Source: Candidatus Versatilivorator sp. (GTDB lineage Bacteria; Acidobacteriota; Terriglobia; Versatilivoradales; Versatilivoraceae). Taken from it: a stretch of 64,000 bases of DNA. Position 1 is the first letter of the stretch, and the number at the start of each line of letters is the position of its first letter. This document shows, piece by piece, positions 58,534 to 64,000 of the stretch. The position numbers and the translations under genes were made by a program. Where the stretch lies: NCBI GenBank assembly GCA_965207735.1, contig OZ242296.1:608001-672000 (forward strand), in the 5' to 3' direction. Below the pieces are notes generated by a model. The model saw nothing but the letters and a program-made list of their open reading frames with translations. It made no database searches and had not been told where the DNA came from.

Positions 58534-58795
58534 CTGAGCCGTCAGCGCTCGCCAACACAAGAAAATGCCCATCCCGGGGGATGGGCATTTCAAAGAGGAG
58601 AGGGTTGACAAAAGAGTCAATACCCACCGTATCGGCTACTATAGTGAGGTGGCCGCTGACTGTCAAGCCGATTTTCGAAATAAATGGATGGAGCGCGGAA
58701 CCGAAGAATATTTTTAGGTCACGTATTGTTGTCTATGGTTTAAATGGCTTAGTGGAGGCCAGCATTCAGTTATCTTGCGCTATGAAGATTGAGTC

Positions 58796-59374
58796 ATGAC
58801 CCGGTTCGAGCAGGAAAAGTGGCAAGCCAGGTACGCCTCATTGCCCTCCGGCCCACTGCCCCTTAAACCTGCGGCTCGCTGGCTTCACCGGTGGGAAGGG
58901 GTCATTCCGCCAGGACGGGTAGTCGATCTGGCCGTTGGCCTGGGAGGGAACGCCTTTCACCTGGCGGGCCGGGGGGCCTCGGTGCTGGGGATCGATGTCT
59001 CGGAAAGGGCGGCCAGGGCACTGCGCCGGACGGCCTTGGACCGTGGCTTAAGGCTTGAGTTGCTCGTCGCCGATTTGGATGTTTTCCCGCTGCCGCCGAA
59101 CCGCTTTGATGCGATCCTTTGCTTTTTCTATCTCAATCGACGGCTCTTTCCCCAAATCAGGAGCAGCCTCAACCCTGGGGGTGTCCTGCTGATGGAGGCT
59201 TTCGTGACCGATCCGCAACGGCCGGAAAAGGATCAACCCGGCTACCGGCTGGCCGAGAGGGAACTGCTGGCGGCCTTCGATGATTGGGAAATTCTCGACT
59301 ATGCCGAGGGCATCCAGCGGGGAGTTGGCCCCTCGCAGGTGGCTACCGCCCGCATTTGCGCCAGGAAACCCTAG
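58796..59374 (+). CDS. class I SAM-dependent methyltransferase (TehB-like)
   Basis: VVDLAVGLGGN, GIDVS, LNPGG motifs. Confidence 0.82.
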   Translation: MTRFEQEKWQARYASLPSGPLPLKPAARWLHRWEGVIPPGRVVDLAVGLGGNAFHLAGRGASVLGIDVSERAARALRRTALDRGLRLELLVADLDVFPLPPNRFDAILCFFYLNRRLFPQIRSSLNPGGVLLMEAFVTDPQRPEKDQPGYRLAERELLAAFDDWEILDYAEGIQRGVGPSQVATARICARKP

Positions 59375-60954
59375 GAGTCTGCGCCGCAGAAAACCCAGGC
59401 AGGGCTGAATGATAGAATAACGGGCTTAGAGAGATCATGGGAGGTGGTGAATGGGGACGAGGTTTCGCCCGTATGAACCGAAGCAGTTGTTGATGCTGCC
59501 GCCGGACCTGCGGGAGTGGGTACCGGAAGGACACTTGGCGCATCAGGTGAGCGAGTTGGTGGATGGGCTGGAGTTGGGAGCGTTCTACCGGCGGTATGAA
59601 GAGGACGGGAGGCGCAACTCGCCCTATGAGCCGGGGATGATGGTGAAGGTATTGATCTACGCCTATGCGACGGGGGTGTTCTCGTCGCGCAAGATTGCCA
59701 GGAAGCTGGAGGAGGACGTGGCGTTTCGGATGCTGGCGGCGGGGAACTTTCCGCAGCATCGGACGCTGTGCGAGTTTCGCCGGCGGCACTTGAAGGACTT
59801 CAAGCGGCTGTTGGTGCAAGTGGTGCGTTTGGCGCGGGAGATGGGGATGGTGGGGTTGGGGCGATTGGGGATCGACGGGACGAAGGTGCGGGCGAACGCG
59901 AGCCGGCGCAAGGCGATGAGCTATGGTCGGATGAAGGAGCGGGAGCGGCAACTGAAGGCAGAGATCCATGAGTTGTTGAAGAAGGCGCGGCGGGAGGACC
60001 GGGAGGAAGATGAGCGGTACGGGGAAGACCGGCGTGGGGATGAGTTGCCCGAGGAGTTGCGGCGGCGGGAGGACCGGCTGGCGGCGATCGAGGCGGCCAA
60101 GCAGCGGCTGGAGGCGGCCCAGCGGGAGGCCGATGAGGAGCGGGGGCGCAAACCGGGACAGGACCGCAACCCGAAAGCACGACGGCCCTACAAGCGGGCC
60201 TACGGAGAACCGGAGGAGAAGGCGCAGAGTAATTTCACCGATCCGGAAAGCCGGATCATGAAGACTTCCACCGAGGGGTTCCAGCAATGCTACAACGCGC
60301 AGGTGGCGGTGGACGGAGAGCACCAGATCATTGTGGCCACCGAGGTAACGGCGCAGGCGAGCGATCAGGGGCAGATGATGGAGTTGCTGGAGGAGGTGGA
60401 GGAGAGCTTCCAGGAGATACCGAAACAGGTGCTGGCGGATGCGGGCTACTGCAATGAGGCGGACTTGCAGGCCCTGGAAGAGAGAGGAGTGGACGGTTAT
60501 GTTGCGCTGGGGCGCGAGGGGAAGCGGGCGGTAGAGATCGATCCCAGGAAGCATCCGGCCAAGAGTCGTATGAGGAAGAAGCTGGCCAGCCTAGCCGGTC
60601 AGGTGGAGTATCGGCGGAGGAAGTGGATTGCCGAAGCCCCTCATGGGTGGATCAAGGAGGGGCTGGGATTCCGACGGTTCAGTCTGCGGGGCTTGCAATC
60701 AGTGCAGGGGGAGTGGGACTTGGTGTGTCTGGCCCTCAACATCAAGAGGATGAGTGCGCTGATGGCAGCCTGAAGCAAGGGATTTCCACCCAATACCCAG
60801 GACCACGGAGGTCCTCAACCGCCCATTGTGGGAGCCCACAGGGCCCTTGAGACTCTATCAACGCCCAAGCGGCTCCCAAGCACTCCTTGGAACCGGCCTT
60901 GCGCAGTAGCCTCTCGCTCTTGAACTTTCCGAAATCGTCCTGCGGCGCAGACTC
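59375..60954 (+). mobile_element. IS1182-family element
   Basis: IR GAGTCTGCGCCGCAG / CTGCGGCGCAGACTC; TSD CTAG. Confidence 0.93.
59451..60773 (+). CDS. IS1182 family transposase
   Basis: FSSRKI, IDGTKVRANAS, TDPESRIM, YNAQ, ADAGY, GFRRFSLRG motifs. Confidence 0.93.
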   Translation: MGTRFRPYEPKQLLMLPPDLREWVPEGHLAHQVSELVDGLELGAFYRRYEEDGRRNSPYEPGMMVKVLIYAYATGVFSSRKIARKLEEDVAFRMLAAGNFPQHRTLCEFRRRHLKDFKRLLVQVVRLAREMGMVGLGRLGIDGTKVRANASRRKAMSYGRMKERERQLKAEIHELLKKARREDREEDERYGEDRRGDELPEELRRREDRLAAIEAAKQRLEAAQREADEERGRKPGQDRNPKARRPYKRAYGEPEEKAQSNFTDPESRIMKTSTEGFQQCYNAQVAVDGEHQIIVATEVTAQASDQGQMMELLEEVEESFQEIPKQVLADAGYCNEADLQALEERGVDGYVALGREGKRAVEIDPRKHPAKSRMRKKLASLAGQVEYRRRKWIAEAPHGWIKEGLGFRRFSLRGLQSVQGEWDLVCLALNIKRMSALMAA

Positions 60955-60958
60955 CTAG

Positions 60959-61212
60959 CCCGCATTTTTCACCAGGGGGCATGATCATGGCGCAGGGTTT
61001 TTCCCTTCGACGCGTGCTCGCGACCGAAGAGCGTAGCGGTCACTACGCGCGAGGGAGCATGTGCGCGCTGAAGGGAAAAAGACAAGCCAGGGCATGCCCA
61101 GCGCCGTCTGTTACCCACAAGCCCTTACAATGGAGCCAATCAACGTACTGAAGACGTACTGAAGATAAACTGCTTTTCGGCATGGCAACAGCGACCTGGT
61201 GAGAAATGCGGG
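60959..61212. mobile_element. MITE inserted at CTAG
   Basis: IR CCCGCATTTTTCACCAGG / CCTGGTGAGAAATGCGGG, flanked by CTAG; internal long hairpin; no ORF. Confidence 0.8.
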
Positions 61213-61262
61213 CTAGCCCGATGCCGTCGGGCCTTTGACGATGCGCGGGACTTTGGGGGTGG

Positions 61263-61649
61263 TCAAAGCAGTTGGATCGGCCCTGGGTAGCGCGCGACGA
61301 CTTCGTCCGCCGTCAAAAGCGTAAGCCCTTCGATCTGGGCCTGCGCGATCAAGATGCGGTCGAACGGGTCCTTATGTATGGGTGGAAGCAGATCCACGGC
61401 CGCCGCGTGAGCGCCGCTTACCGGCAATTCCACATAACCGTTCTCCAGCAACCCCCGGCGCAGCAGGCGCGGGTCGGCCCTGAACTCCTCTCGCCCGAGC
61501 CCCCTCTTGATGGCTACCTCCCAAATCGAAGCGGCGCTATAGACCAACTCGTTCTCCGGATCTTCTATCAGCGCACGCGCATCGGCCGACAATTGACGCG
61601 ACGCGCCCGCTGCCCAAAGTAAAACATGTGTGTCGAGAAGGAGATTCAA
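61263..61649 (-). CDS. vapC: VapC PIN-domain toxin
   Basis: LLDTHVLLW, SIWEVAIK, HKDPFDR motifs. Confidence 0.92.
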   Translation of the reverse strand: MNLLLDTHVLLWAAGASRQLSADARALIEDPENELVYSAASIWEVAIKRGLGREEFRADPRLLRRGLLENGYVELPVSGAHAAAVDLLPPIHKDPFDRILIAQAQIEGLTLLTADEVVARYPGPIQLL

Positions 61650-61891
61650 CCGTCACCTTCGAACAGGGCTTCGATCTCTTCGGAGCCCATGCGGTCGAAA
61701 TCCTTGGGCACCGAGATTTTTCCGGCCATGAATCCGACCCGACGGGTGGCCCCGGGCCCCGGCGCTTCCACGGCGACGACTTTGACGACGGGCTTGCCCG
61801 CGCGCGCAATAATGAACGGCTCGCCATTTGCGGCTGCCTCGACGAGACGTGAGAGATGGGTCTTGGCTTCGTGCATGTTGAATGTACGCAT
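61646..61891 (-). CDS. Phd/YefM antitoxin
   Basis: NMHEAKTHLSRLV..A..GE..IIARAGKP. Confidence 0.92.
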   Translation of the reverse strand: MRTFNMHEAKTHLSRLVEAAANGEPFIIARAGKPVVKVVAVEAPGPGATRRVGFMAGKISVPKDFDRMGSEEIEALFEGDG

Positions 61892-62033
61892 GACCTGACT
61901 CCTTGAGCTTAGTCTATATAACTTAGTTCATCATGACAAGCTCCCACAACCGCCGTCTTGGATTGTCAATGAACACGAATAGGGATGGTAAGGTGGAGCG
62001 TATCCGGCGGGCAACTTCTCTGAAAGCCGACCA

Positions 62034-62990
62034 GCGCCTTTTGGGAAACTCCCGTTTGTCCGCTTTCTTGATTTCGAGTCTTGACGATCCGGAGTTGATC
62101 CCCCTGGCGTCGCGTTGACCGGATGTAGGCAGATAGCGCGGAACTTGTGCGACACGTTCGGGAGTCAACGCCTTGCAGGCTTTCAGTGTTCTGCTCTTTT
62201 TGTGTTTTTGTGCCTTTTGTGGCCATTCCCGGCAAGGGTCCCGCTGCTGAATTTTGCAAAAGGCTCGAGAGTGAAACAATCGGAAATCGACAATCCCTTC
62301 GTGAACTTGGAACCCCGTCGCGGCCAACCTCAGCGCCTTAGTGGCCCTTCGTCGTTCTTCGTGCCCCTTCGTGGATAAGTCTTTTGTCTTTTTTAGGTTG
62401 TTTCAGACAAGTCCCGCCTCCGCCGTGCCAGGCGGATCATTCAGAGGAGAAACAGCCAGCTGTTTGCGTTTTGGAAAGAGACAGGATTAATAGGACCAGA
62501 GGCCGCTGCACGGGACGCTGACTGGGAATCGGGGCGTTGGGCACGGCCAAGGCCCGCCACGGGGAAGATCAATCGAGAAGGACTAAGAATTGAACATGGA
62601 TGCACAGAATGCACAGGATTGACAGGACGAGAGCTTCCTGCACCAGAAGCCAACTCGGGCCATGATCCGGTGCGGATTTGCGGATTCCCGGCAGTAGAAG
62701 CCAGCCGTTTCCTGAAGAATCCTGCGAATCCTGTGCATCGATGTTAATGATCTCCTTAAATCACGATGGGGTCGGAAGCCCCCCACTGGCTCGGCCGCGG
62801 TCCTTGTTGCTTCTTCGCGGACAAATCCTCTTTGTCCCTTGTGTCCTTTGTTGACCCCCTTGCCGACCTTCGCCCCATCCCTCTTGGGCCTTCTCCAGCG
62901 CCTTGGTGTTCCTTCGTCGTTCTTCGTGCCCCTTCGTGGAAATGTCTTTTTCTTTTGTCTTTTTAGGTTGTTTCAGACAAGCCTCTTCCA
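62034..62990. repeat. cluster of miniature elements and short-period repeats
   Basis: Orphan IS IR at 62249-62266; ~70-bp direct repeat at ~62346-62411 and ~62911-62981; palindromic element at 62593-62745. Confidence 0.6.
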
Positions 62991-63075
62991 CAGAGGCCTT
63001 CCGATGCGATATTTTGAGGCGGAGCGGCAACCGCGGCGCGGCCGGTCCGGATTCCGGAACGGGGGAAGGGAAGCG

Positions 63076-63366
63076 ATGGCTCTGGTTGAAATTGTGCTGA
63101 ACGGGGAGGCCAGAAAGCTGAAGGCCGGAACCACGGTGGAGGATCTGGTCCGGGACCTGGGCTTGGTTCCGGGCCGTCTGGCGGTCGAATACAACCTCCA
63201 AATCCTCAAAAGGAAGCGTTGGGCGGCCACTGCACTGAACCAAGGGGATCGACTTGAGATTGTTCACTTTGTAGGTGGAGGCGCAAGCACCGGTCCGCGG
63301 TTGCAACGGCAGCTTCATCAGGTCGGTCCCAACCAGCGAGAGGCATCGTCACATGCAATGGATTGA
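63076..63366 (+). CDS. thiS: sulfur carrier ThiS with C-terminal extension
   Basis: LNGE, AVEYN, GDRLEIVHFVGGG followed by 27 extra residues. Confidence 0.85.
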   Translation: MALVEIVLNGEARKLKAGTTVEDLVRDLGLVPGRLAVEYNLQILKRKRWAATALNQGDRLEIVHFVGGGASTGPRLQRQLHQVGPNQREASSHAMD

Positions 63367-63694
63367 AGTACTCGGCAAACAGGAATTTTCCTCTGAGAAA
63401 ATGAAGAAGGTCAGCCTTTTCGACACGGCCAACCTTTTTTGCGATCTCTATTGTCTTCGCCCCGGACAGTCTCAGAAGCCCCATACCCATCAGGGCGCCG
63501 ACAAGATCTATTTCGTTCTTCAGGGACGGGGCACGTTCTTGGTTGGAGAGGAAGAGAAGGTGCTTGAGGCCGGAGAGATCGTGCTGGCTCCTTCCGGAGC
63601 TGTCCACGGAGTGACCAACAACTCCCCGCAGGCCCTCAACCTGCTGGTGGTGATGGCTCCCAACCCGAACCGGCAACCCGGACGTGCCCGGTAG
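63353..63694 (+). CDS. cupin domain protein
   Basis: PHTH...YFVLQG, P.GAVHGV.N motifs. Confidence 0.85.
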   Translation: MQWIEVLGKQEFSSEKMKKVSLFDTANLFCDLYCLRPGQSQKPHTHQGADKIYFVLQGRGTFLVGEEEKVLEAGEIVLAPSGAVHGVTNNSPQALNLLVVMAPNPNRQPGRAR

Positions 63695-63766
63695 ACGAGG
63701 GACCACTGGCTATTTGCATTGATCAAGCCTGTTGACAGCAGCACCCGGGGATGACCACGATTTACC

Positions 63767-64000
63767 TCATTTCGACCGCAATCTTCTCCTGATCGACTCC
63801 AGCGCCTGGTCCAGCTCCGGCACCCCGATGAGCCTGCAGCAGAGCCCGTAGATTGAGACTCCGGCCGCTATCGAGAGGGCAAGGATCAGGGCTTTTCCGA
63901 CAAAGGCGACCGGCAGGAATACGGCGGCCATCCACTGGTAGAGAGCGAACGTACCCAGCGCCATCACCAGAGAAGCTCCCAGGACCTTCAGGAAAGTGTT
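63767..64000 (-). CDS. murJ: C-terminal end of a membrane protein, probably the lipid II flippase (partial)
   Basis: Two TM helices ending G.SIY....LIGVPEL...RRRL, typical of the MurJ C-terminus; runs off the window. Confidence 0.55.
   Translation of the reverse strand, partial: NTFLKVLGASLVMALGTFALYQWMAAVFLPVAFVGKALILALSIAAGVSIYGLCCRLIGVPELDQALESIRRRLRSK

Noticed and set aside
58354-58620. 88-aa ORF
   Set aside because: Runs through tRNA-Thr; shadow ORF
59348-59365. GCCCGCATTTGCGCCAGG resembling the MITE IR
   Set aside because: Lies in coding sequence (ARICAR) with only a partial match; probably coincidence
1-64000. CRISPR array, cas genes, retron or reverse transcriptase
   Set aside because: No regularly spaced repeat-spacer array and no Cas or RT motifs in the ORF track

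Overview
High-GC bacterial chromosomal window. The gene content and order suggest Acidobacteriota, but this is inference. The housekeeping and metabolic backbone includes murA-nagA-GH3/serine-hydrolase, phoX, an M20 peptidase/NSAR pair, a GT9, an ArgE-gcvPA-gcvPB-NAD kinase-like cluster, rimO-yacG-pgpA-cinA-gpsA, M23, DUF62, uxaA, PhyH, a Tes-like radical SAM enzyme, thiS and part of murJ. A ~22 kb defence island (24917-46826) is integrated at tRNA-Ser(GGA) and bounded by a 14-bp direct repeat. It carries two P4-like tyrosine integrases, a type I RM system, Mrr, a DUF4145/HEPN protein, two ABC-ATPase+TOPRIM-like pairs, a FitAB TA pair and an IS-split 2TM gene coupled to a tandem-domain gene. 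Several IS elements and MITEs are present, some nested or stacked. Two observations stand out. (1) An unannotated ~500-nt, extensively base-paired region behind a sigma70-like promoter (5603-6107) is a candidate large ncRNA. (2) A ~500-bp structured module with compensatory base changes occurs three times in the island. One copy is split by an integrase-bearing sub-element that carries its own intact copy of the module. All family assignments come from motif recognition by eye; no searches were run.
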